Shown: positions 28,282 to 36,916 of the stretch, in pieces | Numbering within the stretch: position 1 is the stretch's first letter | Layout: every line of letters begins with the position of its first letter | Source: a virus | Virus record (IMG/VR): IMGVR_UViG_3300035698_022838 | Span: 98,881 to 162,880 of that record | DNA: 64,000 nucleotides | Strand: one strand, 5' to 3' | The notes under the pieces: model-generated | Told to the model about the DNA's origin: nothing | Databases searched by the model: none | What the model saw: only the letters and a program-made list of their open reading frames with translations | Program-made: the position numbers and the translations under genes

Positions 28282-29228
28282 TATGCTATTAGTTTTTGTA
28301 AATTAAACATTAAAGCTAATAAACTGACAACCGGGTCTATCACTACTTGTCTTTGTGCTTGATGCTCAGCAACCAATACTGCTACAGCTGGTATAATCTT
28401 AGCATGGTCTGGTTTATTCTTGATTATCCAATTGATAAACTCGTCACCAAGTGCTGACATTACATCATCAACCTTTGATGAATATTGGCCAACTATAGTC
28501 TGATAATTAAGAATTGGATTTTTAGGACCAAACATCATCTTATATACATCTTCGTACGACCATCCGGAGTCGCGTACTCGAGAAATATCAATATTCTTTA
28601 TACCTTCAATTACCCATGCTTGTATTCTATTTAAAGCAGATCTCATATCAGGAAAATATTCCTTCTGGAATTCAGCAATCGAGTCTTCATCTATAGTAAT
28701 CCCAAGTTTACCAAGTATTAATTTTACTCTATCACTCCAATCTTTCTTTAGTAGTTCTTCCTCTTCTGTTGTAATTGGATCAAAATTAATAACTTCAAAT
28801 CTACTTTGAATTGCTTCAGGTACTTTATTAATCCAATTACAAGTAGCAATAAATCTTGTATTTCCTGCAAACTTCTCGATTGTACCTCTTAGGGCTTTAT
28901 AAAACTGATCTGATGCACCATCAAACTCATCTAGTACTACAACTTTCTTTGATGACTTACCATCCATGATGCTAACAGTTGAACAAAAGGCGTTTACCTT
29001 ACTTCTTATCGTCTCTACTGAGCTTTCGTCTGATACGTTGATGAATATGTGGGGTAAATCATTTGATAAAATTTTGGATAGTGTAGTCTTGCCACAGCCA
29101 GGGGATCCTGCCAATAAGATATTCTGGTTTAATCCTTTATCTTGGAAAAGCACACGTATCCTATGAGGAAGGATCATATGCTTAATTTCTTTTGGTCTTA
29201 ATTTTTCCGTAAGGAGTTGATCTATCAT
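28281..29228 (-). CDS. gp44: Clamp loader large subunit (T4 gp44 / RFC-like)
   Basis: EKLRP, GSPGCGKT, LDEFD, IQSRF, PDMR; likely start 29228. Confidence 0.9.
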   Translation of the reverse strand: MIDQLLTEKLRPKEIKHMILPHRIRVLFQDKGLNQNILLAGSPGCGKTTLSKILSNDLPHIFINVSDESSVETIRSKVNAFCSTVSIMDGKSSKKVVVLDEFDGASDQFYKALRGTIEKFAGNTRFIATCNWINKVPEAIQSRFEVINFDPITTEEEELLKKDWSDRVKLILGKLGITIDEDSIAEFQKEYFPDMRSALNRIQAWVIEGIKNIDISRVRDSGWSYEDVYKMMFGPKNPILNYQTIVGQYSSKVDDVMSALGDEFINWIIKNKPDHAKIIPAVAVLVAEHQAQRQVVIDPVVSLLALMFNLQKLIA

Positions 29229-29290
29229 AAAAATGCCTTTTATCTTTTTATAGACAAAAGGCACTTTAGTTTCTCAAATTACAATGTATA

Positions 29291-29638
29291 TTATCTTATA
29301 TAATCCTCAATCTCATTACGTAAATCTATCTTAAGACCAAAGAATAAATTATAACCAACTATTTTGAATCGAAAATCTATAATATTTCGGAGTGAATTTT
29401 CATCGGTTGGTAACCATATACTCTCATCGAAAGTAATATGCCAATCAGTAACCATGTCTCTAATTAATTTCAGATCAAAGACCGCTGAAACAGCTTCCTT
29501 ATATGCATCCGGTCCTTTTTTCTGAATTATAGGTATGTTATGAAAAGCTCTCAGAATAAGATTATCAATTACGTATCTCTTAGTGATGTGTAATGGTGTA
29601 AAGTGAACTGATTTTTTATATTTAGTTAATTCTTTCAT
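29291..29638 (-). CDS. Hypothetical protein
   Basis: 115-aa ORF in the ligase operon. Confidence 0.55.
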   Translation of the reverse strand: MKELTKYKKSVHFTPLHITKRYVIDNLILRAFHNIPIIQKKGPDAYKEAVSAVFDLKLIRDMVTDWHITFDESIWLPTDENSLRNIIDFRFKIVGYNLFFGLKIDLRNEIEDYIR

Positions 29639-29643
29639 ACCCT

Positions 29644-29871
29644 TTAATTAAAAGTTTCGGTCATTAATTGTAAACATGCTTTGCACATTATAATAACATT
29701 ACTACCTAAAACATCAGTAAAATGAGCACAAGGTTTTTTTTCATCACAACAATCACAAATATGAGGTTGGTCAGCTCCGTCAGTATACAATAGACCAACC
29801 TTTCTTATCTCTTGCCCATTTGGACCTATACCTGTAGCATCATACAAATTATCTATTGTGAAATTCTTCAT
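29644..29871 (-). CDS. Small putative Zn-finger protein
   Basis: CDCC...CKAC. Confidence 0.55.
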   Translation of the reverse strand: MKNFTIDNLYDATGIGPNGQEIRKVGLLYTDGADQPHICDCCDEKKPCAHFTDVLGSNVIIMCKACLQLMTETFN

Positions 29872-29878
29872 GTGGCAT

Positions 29879-30094
29879 TTATTTAAAATTCTTTATCGCT
29901 TGATCAATACCTAATGCCATATCACAGTTTGCAACTTCTTTTAGTTTATCCGCAATCATATACAGTCCTTCAGGTCCATATTTATTTAATAATGCATCAT
30001 AATCAACTGCACTATTAATCATTGCTTTCATTGCTTCTTTATTAACTTTACGTTTCTCTTTAAATTCAAGAAGTTTCTTTTTATCTATTGCCAT
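29879..30094 (-). CDS. Hypothetical protein
   Basis: Likely start MAIDKK at 30094. Confidence 0.6.
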   Translation of the reverse strand: MAIDKKKLLEFKEKRKVNKEAMKAMINSAVDYDALLNKYGPEGLYMIADKLKEVANCDMALGIDQAIKNFK

Positions 30095-30368
30095 TTTTTC
30101 CTCCAAAAATATCACCAAAACTATCAAATATATTATTATCCTTAAATGTATCACCAAAAAGATTATTAAAGAGCTTTTCATTTGACTCATCGGTGCATTT
30201 ATGTATTACAAGTCTATGAAAATTTTCATATTTCTTTTTCAAAAATTCCTCAAATGAACATTTAGCATCTAATTCATTAATCTTATTCTTAGCTCTAGTT
30301 TCTCCAGTTTTTACTATAGCATTATTTTTATCATATATTGTGTAGACAATTAAAAAAGTCTTATTCAT
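30081..30368 (-). CDS. Hypothetical protein
   Basis: 95-aa ORF. Confidence 0.6.
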   Translation of the reverse strand: MNKTFLIVYTIYDKNNAIVKTGETRAKNKINELDAKCSFEEFLKKKYENFHRLVIHKCTDESNEKLFNNLFGDTFKDNNIFDSFGDIFGGKNGNR

Positions 30369-30378
30369 TTGATCGGCT

Positions 30379-30510
30379 TTATAAAAAAATTATTAATGCG
30401 ATTGCTACAGCAATCATTACCATCCAGAACATGAGTCTTGGGCTACAAGGCCAACCAATATCCCATTGATTTTTTGTGGTTATATTTAACCAATTTTCTT
30501 TCCAATTCAT
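30379..30510 (-). CDS. 43-aa membrane peptide (MNWKENWLNITTKNQWDIGWPCSPRLMFWMVMIAVAIALIIFL), not in the ORF track
   Basis: Fills the gap after the ligase; C-terminal hydrophobic helix. Confidence 0.55.
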   Translation of the reverse strand: MNWKENWLNITTKNQWDIGWPCSPRLMFWMVMIAVAIALIIFL

Positions 30511-30520
30511 ATTACGTATT

Positions 30521-31876
30521 TTATTTATAATCTAATCCAGATAAATCATCTGCTTCTGTTTTATCGTTACGTATATCAATAAGTCTCGGTAGGAATAAAC
30601 TCTTGTTCCCATGCTTATCCATGATCGGTTCGTTATATTGTGCAGCAATAATTCGACCAATATATGAATCTGGATCTTTACTTATTGTTTGTAATTCAAG
30701 ATCTGTAAAACCAGAGCCAACATTTACCTTCATTGTCCCTGATGCGTCAGTGGTATTAAATCCACCAATTAAACCTTCTCTTTTACCCTCGCCAGCATAC
30801 CAACCAGTAATAATAAGATCGCAATCAACAACTTCTTTCATTTTGATCCAATTCTTACTTCTCTTACATTCATATAGATGGTTGTTCTTAACAATAACCC
30901 CTTCACCACCACTAGCTACGATTTTATCATAAATAGTAAGAATTTCTTCCATTGAATGAACTACCCATTGTTCTCCGAGTTTAACTTTAGAGTCTGAAGG
31001 TAAATCACCTAATACTCTTTCAAGGTTTTCTCTACGTTCAAGATACCAGGTTTCGCCTATCTTATTTTCGAGTGTTTTATTATCATCAATATCAAATACA
31101 TTGAATAAGAATCCTTCATCAATATCAACAGGAGCAGTTCCTTTTAGAATTTTTGTTACCTTACCTGAAACAGATTTACGATTATAATCAGTTAATTCAC
31201 CATCAAAGAAAACATCTTTTAGGTTATGTTTAAGAGCAATTGCTTTTAGTTCTGCTGAAATGTTGGAGAGTCTGGTTGGATCAATTACATTAAATGCTCT
31301 GGTATAGAAAAGAAATTCGCCCATGTCGTCCATACGTGCGACCACACGAACACCATCATATTTATTCTCGCAATAATATATTTCCCATTCTTCTAATCTA
31401 GCAGGATCAGCATCTGCTATCATAAGAGATGGGTTTGGGATTTCTTCGCGTTTTAAAGATTTATTAATAAGTTTTGCGCCAACACCAATATTCATATTCT
31501 TGGTTAAGATCTTCATAAGCATCTTGCGAAGTTCTAAATCTTCTTCGTCTGTCATGTCAAACGACTTAAAAGAATAACTAAGTAAGTTAGTAGCTCTTTC
31601 TCTTAATGAACTATTAGCAGCTTTCGCTATCTTTAATTCTTCAACCAATATAGTAAATTTTTCCCAAAATAATTTAGGGGCACGTAGATAATCTTCACTA
31701 ACCTCTGGCATTTCGAGTTTATTCAATTTTGTGGTTACGAAAGGATTCCAACCAACATCAAATAAATATAGAAGCTCCGGTGTTTCGTTCTCCTTAATAA
31801 GTTGGGATTTTACTTTCTGTGATCCATTACCAGTGGCTTTTTCTAATTTGATAAGGGTTTTAAGTTCATTCAGCAT
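30521..31876 (-). CDS. gp30: ATP-dependent DNA ligase (T4 gp30-like)
   Basis: KYDG, FDGEL, VFD, EGVIVK, KRSKNWIKMK, VGSGF, SLFLPR. Confidence 0.95.
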   Translation of the reverse strand: MLNELKTLIKLEKATGNGSQKVKSQLIKENETPELLYLFDVGWNPFVTTKLNKLEMPEVSEDYLRAPKLFWEKFTILVEELKIAKAANSSLRERATNLLSYSFKSFDMTDEEDLELRKMLMKILTKNMNIGVGAKLINKSLKREEIPNPSLMIADADPARLEEWEIYYCENKYDGVRVVARMDDMGEFLFYTRAFNVIDPTRLSNISAELKAIALKHNLKDVFFDGELTDYNRKSVSGKVTKILKGTAPVDIDEGFLFNVFDIDDNKTLENKIGETWYLERRENLERVLGDLPSDSKVKLGEQWVVHSMEEILTIYDKIVASGGEGVIVKNNHLYECKRSKNWIKMKEVVDCDLIITGWYAGEGKREGLIGGFNTTDASGTMKVNVGSGFTDLELQTISKDPDSYIGRIIAAQYNEPIMDKHGNKSLFLPRLIDIRNDKTEADDLSGLDYK

Positions 31877-31898
31877 ACTGTATAGTTTTTATTTAATA

Positions 31899-31906
31899 CA
31901 AAGATA
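31899..31906 (-). promoter_or_regulatory. Bacteroidota-type -7 promoter element TATCTTTG
   Basis: Matches TAnnTTTG, 22 nt upstream of the ligase ATG. Confidence 0.55.
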
Positions 31907-31977
31907 ATGAATCTTATCGTTATAAAAAAACTATAGTCCTAAATAATCACTATATTTCCACATATTAAAGCTTATTT

Positions 31978-33591
31978 TTAAAGAGTAAATCCACCTCCAC
32001 CATCTGCAGGGGCATCGCTTTTTCCTTCCCCTTCTTCACCTCCGCCTTCTTTAGCAGCTTGTTTCTCTTCGAGTTTCTTATATTGTTCGTTCTTTTGATA
32101 TTCGTCTCTTGTCATACCTAAGAATCTTTTAATAAGGAATTCTTTATCAAAATAAGGTACTTCTTCCTCTCCCACTTTTTGTCTTAATTCACCTAAAGAA
32201 TTTATAAACTCGCTTTTCTTATTATAATTTCTTAGCTTAATAAGTCTTTCGAATTCATTTTCTCTTACGTAATTTAAACCAAGATTAGTTTTAAATGATC
32301 TATCTTTGGCTAATTCTGGATAATCAAGACACATTTGTATATAAAGTGGTTTGATTAATAATTCTTGGAATATGGAGCGAAGTCTACTCAAGAATTTCTC
32401 ATATCTAATCTCGTCTCTTTCTAATTGGTCTATAGAGATCTGATAGTTAGCTGGAGTTCCACCTTTGAATGCAAATCTAGCATAAGGTAATTTAGAATCC
32501 ATTTTTAGTTTATTAAAGAAGTAAAGGACATTTTCCATAACATTGAAATCTGGACCATTAGGATCAAGAGTTTCAATCTGGGGTGATTGTCCATCTTTTT
32601 CAGGAAAAAGGTAGTTTTTATAAAATTGTACCTTAGGTCTTCCATTAACAGTTAATTCACCAGATGTATCATTCAATTCAATATCTTCCTTGTATATTGA
32701 CATTAATTGTCCTAATGTCTGCATACCTTTTTGTGCTGATTGGCTACCTATAGGAATTATAAACTTTAATCTATATGATGCATTCATAACATTCCAGATT
32801 ACCCTGGTGTTTTCCATTATTCGTAGAATGTTATAAGATCTAATTAATCTTTCAATGTAACTTACTCTAGAAACTGTATTACCTTTAGCATAGGACAGGT
32901 AAATTACTTGCTCATCCTTAAGTTTACGAGTCATTTTTACATCATCCGGATACTGAACCCATATTTGAGAATATTCTCCATTTGGTTGTAATTCTGTTGA
33001 TGGTTGTAATGATGTTGCATCTAATTCCTTAAACCCGACCACTTTTTTACCACTTGTATCATATACAATCTCAAATGCTAAGAACCCATCGATAAGAAAC
33101 TGTCTAAAATATTGCCAACCTAAAACACCTTGTTGGAATCCAAATAGCATATAAATATATTTGAATGTATCCTGGACTTTCTCTAATATTTCTGGTTTTA
33201 AATCAGTATCAGAAAGCGAAGGTCTACCGTAAACATTCTTTGTATCATAATTTATGCTATCATCAGCAAGCGTATCTAATATAAAATCAATTTCACCATT
33301 CAACGAAAACTTTCTCAGAAAATCTCTTTTTCCTAAATAGTCCTTGTCAAAATATGCTATATACTTTCTTATCTTGGTATCTTGGTAGCCCAATGTCCAG
33401 AAAAACGCATCTTTATTTGCTGTAGTACTTCCTTGCTCCCCTACGTAACTTGCCTCTGTTGCACCAATAGCTTGGGAGTTTCTGATGACCATGTCATCAT
33501 ACTTCATGCCAAATCTACCAATTTTATTAAGGTTCCTATAAAGTGTACCAAGGAACGATTTTTCTGCTATATTATCTAAAAATCCAGCCAT
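31978..33591 (-). CDS. gp20: Portal protein, copy 2 (T4 gp20-like)
   Basis: FRQFLIDG, SYIERLIRSYNILRIME, RDEIRYEKFLSRLR. Confidence 0.9.
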   Translation of the reverse strand: MAGFLDNIAEKSFLGTLYRNLNKIGRFGMKYDDMVIRNSQAIGATEASYVGEQGSTTANKDAFFWTLGYQDTKIRKYIAYFDKDYLGKRDFLRKFSLNGEIDFILDTLADDSINYDTKNVYGRPSLSDTDLKPEILEKVQDTFKYIYMLFGFQQGVLGWQYFRQFLIDGFLAFEIVYDTSGKKVVGFKELDATSLQPSTELQPNGEYSQIWVQYPDDVKMTRKLKDEQVIYLSYAKGNTVSRVSYIERLIRSYNILRIMENTRVIWNVMNASYRLKFIIPIGSQSAQKGMQTLGQLMSIYKEDIELNDTSGELTVNGRPKVQFYKNYLFPEKDGQSPQIETLDPNGPDFNVMENVLYFFNKLKMDSKLPYARFAFKGGTPANYQISIDQLERDEIRYEKFLSRLRSIFQELLIKPLYIQMCLDYPELAKDRSFKTNLGLNYVRENEFERLIKLRNYNKKSEFINSLGELRQKVGEEEVPYFDKEFLIKRFLGMTRDEYQKNEQYKKLEEKQAAKEGGGEEGEGKSDAPADGGGGFTL

Positions 33592-33604
33592 TTATTTATT
33601 TATT

Positions 33605-35185
33605 TTATTCCTTAGTTTCAGGCTCTTCGGAATCCTTATCCTTTTTACCTTCTTTCTTTTTCTTTTTCTTTTTATCTTCTATGGCTTTTTTATTCGCTCT
33701 GATATCCTCGTCGCTTAAACCTAAAAACGATTCAACTAAGAATGCTAAAGAGAAAAATGGTTTTTCTTCCTCTTCAGTTAATGCATATAAACCATCTATA
33801 GCATCTTTCTTAGCTTGCATGGTTTCTATTTCTTGATTTGCTCTAAACGCATTATCTGATATAAAAGTTAAACCAAGTTGACTTTTAAACATGTGATCTT
33901 TTTGTAATTCCGGAAAATCTTTACACATTTGAAGCCATAATGGCTTTATAATAAGATCTTGAAATCCGATTCTAAGTCTATTTACAAACTTACCAAATCT
34001 AATTTCTTCTTTATCTAAACCTTCTGCACCATCGCTATATTGGCCAATTGAGCCTCCATCAGGTCCTTGGAATCTTGAAGTTGGAACTTTTGATTCTTGT
34101 ACTAATTTATCAAAGAAATATGCAAGGGGTGCAGGATCATTAAGATTTGGTCCTGTACTATTCAATGGTTCTATTGTTGGAGTTCCATTTACACCAGATG
34201 GCATTAGATAATTTTTGAAGAATTGTACCTTAGGTCTACCATCAATACTTAATTCGCCACTATCATCATTAAATCTAATATCTTCTTTATAAATACTCAT
34301 TAATTCTCCAAGAGTTTGCATTGCTTTCTGTGGAGATCTAGATCCAATAGGAACAGTCATTTTCATTCTAAATGATGCGTTCATAACAGACCAAATAACT
34401 CTAGTATATTCAATTATTCGTAAAACATTATATGGTCTAATAAGTCTTTCTACATAACTAGCTCTAGTAACACTGTTACCTTTAGCATACGAAAGATATA
34501 TTACCTGTGAATCGTATAACATTCTTCTTTTTTCAAGATCTTTAGGATATTGATACCAAACATTTAACCAAGTACCGTCTGGCTGTTTCTCGACAGATGG
34601 CATAAGATGTATTGAATCAAGTTCTTTAAATCCAATTATATTTTTACCATCATCATCATAAACTATTTCAAATGCTAGAAAGCCATCTGTTAATAATTGT
34701 CTAAAATATTGCCAACCAGTAATATCATCAGAAAAACCAAGCATATCATAGATTTTCTTATAATTACTATTAAGTCTCTCTATTACTTTTTCTTTTAGAT
34801 TAGTTAAATTAGGAAATGATGGGTATGCAAAGAAATTATTGCTATCATACACAATACTCTCATCACAAATAGTATCTACGATATATTCAACCTCTGGGTT
34901 TAATACAAACTTTCTGAGATAGTCTCTTTTACCTTCATAATCCTTATCGAAATATCCTATATATTGTTTAGTTGAAACGTCCTGCTTACCTAGGGTATAA
35001 AGCATTGTTTCATCCTCTATGGTACCTTTCTTCATGAATTCTGCTTCGGTTTGTCCGATAGCTTGTGAATTCTTAATTACCATATCTCCATATCGCATGC
35101 CAAAACTACTTAAAGATTTTACTGAATCTCTAATCTTTTGGAAAATAGGATTGGTGTTTTCTGTGTTTTCTGTAAATCCTGCCAT
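33605..35185 (-). CDS. gp20: Portal protein, copy 1 (T4 gp20-like)
   Basis: FRQLLTDG, SYVERLIRPYNVLRIIE, KEEIRFGKFVNRLR. Confidence 0.9.
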   Translation of the reverse strand: MAGFTENTENTNPIFQKIRDSVKSLSSFGMRYGDMVIKNSQAIGQTEAEFMKKGTIEDETMLYTLGKQDVSTKQYIGYFDKDYEGKRDYLRKFVLNPEVEYIVDTICDESIVYDSNNFFAYPSFPNLTNLKEKVIERLNSNYKKIYDMLGFSDDITGWQYFRQLLTDGFLAFEIVYDDDGKNIIGFKELDSIHLMPSVEKQPDGTWLNVWYQYPKDLEKRRMLYDSQVIYLSYAKGNSVTRASYVERLIRPYNVLRIIEYTRVIWSVMNASFRMKMTVPIGSRSPQKAMQTLGELMSIYKEDIRFNDDSGELSIDGRPKVQFFKNYLMPSGVNGTPTIEPLNSTGPNLNDPAPLAYFFDKLVQESKVPTSRFQGPDGGSIGQYSDGAEGLDKEEIRFGKFVNRLRIGFQDLIIKPLWLQMCKDFPELQKDHMFKSQLGLTFISDNAFRANQEIETMQAKKDAIDGLYALTEEEEKPFFSLAFLVESFLGLSDEDIRANKKAIEDKKKKKKKEGKKDKDSEEPETKE

Positions 35186-35221
35186 ATTAGTGCTTACGTA
35201 AGCATATTTTTCTAGTCGATA

Positions 35222-35827
35222 TTAAGCTTTTAATTTCGATCTGTAGTTAGTATATATCATGTTGAGCGAAATTCCTTGTATAACAGCATCTCCGAGATAT
35301 GGTAATTTACACCAATCCAGATAATCTACAATCTTTATATCTTTGAAATATTCTCTACGAAACCCAGTTATTGCTTTCTTATAACCCGTATCCTTGAATA
35401 AAGTAGATAATCGATCACTATTTAAAATAATTGGTATTTGCTCGCCATTGATTATAGTATCATTAGCTGAAATGATATCAAAAAATTGATTATAAAATTT
35501 TAAAAGAATCTTACCTCTATCATCAGGTGGGATTACATTTAGATCTATTCCTTTAATAATCACATCATTACCTATTTTCTTTCTTGATAAAAATAAAAAC
35601 GTTGGATATCTGTTTATATATTTTACAGTAGGAGATAGTGGTGTTTTTGTAAGATATTCTCCGACGTATATCTTACCAGGTATAAACGAATTAGTAAAAG
35701 TTTCTTTACCCCCCTTTCCATCTATACCGTATTTTTCGTTGTAATATAAATCAGTTTGCTTAGATAGTACCGAAATCGATGGTGCTTTCTCTTTATATTT
35801 TTTTATTTGTTCTATAAATTGTATCAT
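35222..35827 (-). CDS. DNA end protector-like protein (T4 gp2)
   Basis: PGKIY..Y..K, RYP, GIDLNVIPP..R; next to gp4. Confidence 0.6.
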   Translation of the reverse strand: MIQFIEQIKKYKEKAPSISVLSKQTDLYYNEKYGIDGKGGKETFTNSFIPGKIYVGEYLTKTPLSPTVKYINRYPTFLFLSRKKIGNDVIIKGIDLNVIPPDDRGKILLKFYNQFFDIISANDTIINGEQIPIILNSDRLSTLFKDTGYKKAITGFRREYFKDIKIVDYLDWCKLPYLGDAVIQGISLNMIYTNYRSKLKA

Positions 35828-36309
35828 TTACTAAAAAGAAAATTTTCATTAACTACTCCAAATTTATAACCTCTACCTTCTGCCCATTGCTTTGCAGCTT
35901 TAAATTTAGATTGATTTGTAATCCAAACTTGCATTTTATGGTTATAGGACTTTAACTTTTTCATAGTTACGTTCCCTTCAAGTTTTGGTTTGGTGTGCTG
36001 TTTTTCTGGTTTTACCTCTATTAACCAATCCTGTTCTGTATTGTCATCCTTTAATACCCTTATGTAATTATCAACATTATAAACGTGATCTTTTTTATCT
36101 AATGGATTATAATATGGGATTGGTACTGGTTCTGAACTCCACTTCAATATTCTTTCATTACTATCACAGTACTTAGCAAATCTAAATTCCCAGGATGATC
36201 TACATATTATATTATTAATATCACCAACATACTTATCCGGATTATTAGGAACATAAAATCCTGTTTTATATGGACCGTTAGGTTTTATTTTTTTTATATC
36301 AGTCATCAC
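35824..36309 (-). CDS. gp4: Head completion nuclease (T4 gp4, TnsA-like)
   Basis: NPDKYVGD, RSSWE, WSSE, IPY, EVKP, N..KF.AA. Confidence 0.9.
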   Translation of the reverse strand: MMTDIKKIKPNGPYKTGFYVPNNPDKYVGDINNIICRSSWEFRFAKYCDSNERILKWSSEPVPIPYYNPLDKKDHVYNVDNYIRVLKDDNTEQDWLIEVKPEKQHTKPKLEGNVTMKKLKSYNHKMQVWITNQSKFKAAKQWAEGRGYKFGVVNENFLFSK

Positions 36310-36315
36310 AACAAT

Positions 36316-36675
36316 TTAAGCGTTGTAACTATTATCTTTTCCTGTGATATAGGAAAATGGAATTGTTTTTGGTGCTTTAGGTGGATGTATTTTTTTCCAT
36401 CCCTTTGCAAAGCCATTTTTTGCAATTTGTGTATAGTATGCAAATGGGTTATTAGATTTCTCTGGGTTAAATCGATTCCAGTATTTACATAAATCTTCCA
36501 TAGCAAAAGCCATACAATCTTTTTTATCTTCTGGATCTCTATATGCCATCTTCTTAGAAATTCCTGCTATCATCAATTCAAACATATCAATAGTTGGTCT
36601 AGTTAATTTACCTTTTTCCTTTGATTCTATAATGGCAGCTAGAAGATCAGCATTTTTTACATATACTTTAGCCAT
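36316..36675 (-). CDS. gp55: Late transcription sigma factor (T4 gp55-like)
   Basis: YVKNADL, FNPEKSNNPFAYYTQI. Confidence 0.85.
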   Translation of the reverse strand: MAKVYVKNADLLAAIIESKEKGKLTRPTIDMFELMIAGISKKMAYRDPEDKKDCMAFAMEDLCKYWNRFNPEKSNNPFAYYTQIAKNGFAKGWKKIHPPKAPKTIPFSYITGKDNSYNA

Positions 36676-36698
36676 AATTTATTAATTTTTGTTCTATA

Positions 36699-36727
36699 CT
36701 TTTATCCTTAACCTCGAGGTTAGTTTC
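36699..36727 (-). promoter_or_regulatory. Middle-class promoter GAAAC-N18-TAAAAG upstream of gp55 (representative)
   Basis: The same bipartite motif precedes 8 non-structural transcription units. Confidence 0.7.
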
Positions 36728-36730
36728 GGG

Positions 36731-36916
36731 CTACTTATCCTCTTCTTGTTCAGATCCGTCTTCAGCAGAAATGAGCGCACTACCCTTGGATTTCTTCTTT
36801 CCATCAGGAGCTACACTCATTCTACCCTCAAAATCATCAATAAATGGCTCTGGGTTTTTGTTTTGGTCTTTGCTCGATGGAGCGATAGACCAAACTTTAC
36901 TAATTATTTTTTTTAG
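36731..36916 (-). CDS. 61-aa -1-frame extension of the 933-aa protein, with no start codon at its 5' end
   Basis: Open after A_AAA_AAC; contains SIAP/SVAP like the parent's LAxAP repeats; ends in TAG just before the gp55 promoter. Confidence 0.7.
   Translation of the reverse strand, partial: LKKIISKVWSIAPSSKDQNKNPEPFIDDFEGRMSVAPDGKKKSKGSALISAEDGSEQEEDK

Noticed and set aside
35824-36309. TnsA-like nuclease as a transposon
   Set aside because: Motifs and position next to gp2 and portal fit T4 gp4; no transposase or terminal repeats
36689-36916. 75-aa plus-strand ORF in the gap before gp55
   Set aside because: Better explained as the antisense of the -1 frame extension, which carries the parent's repeat motif
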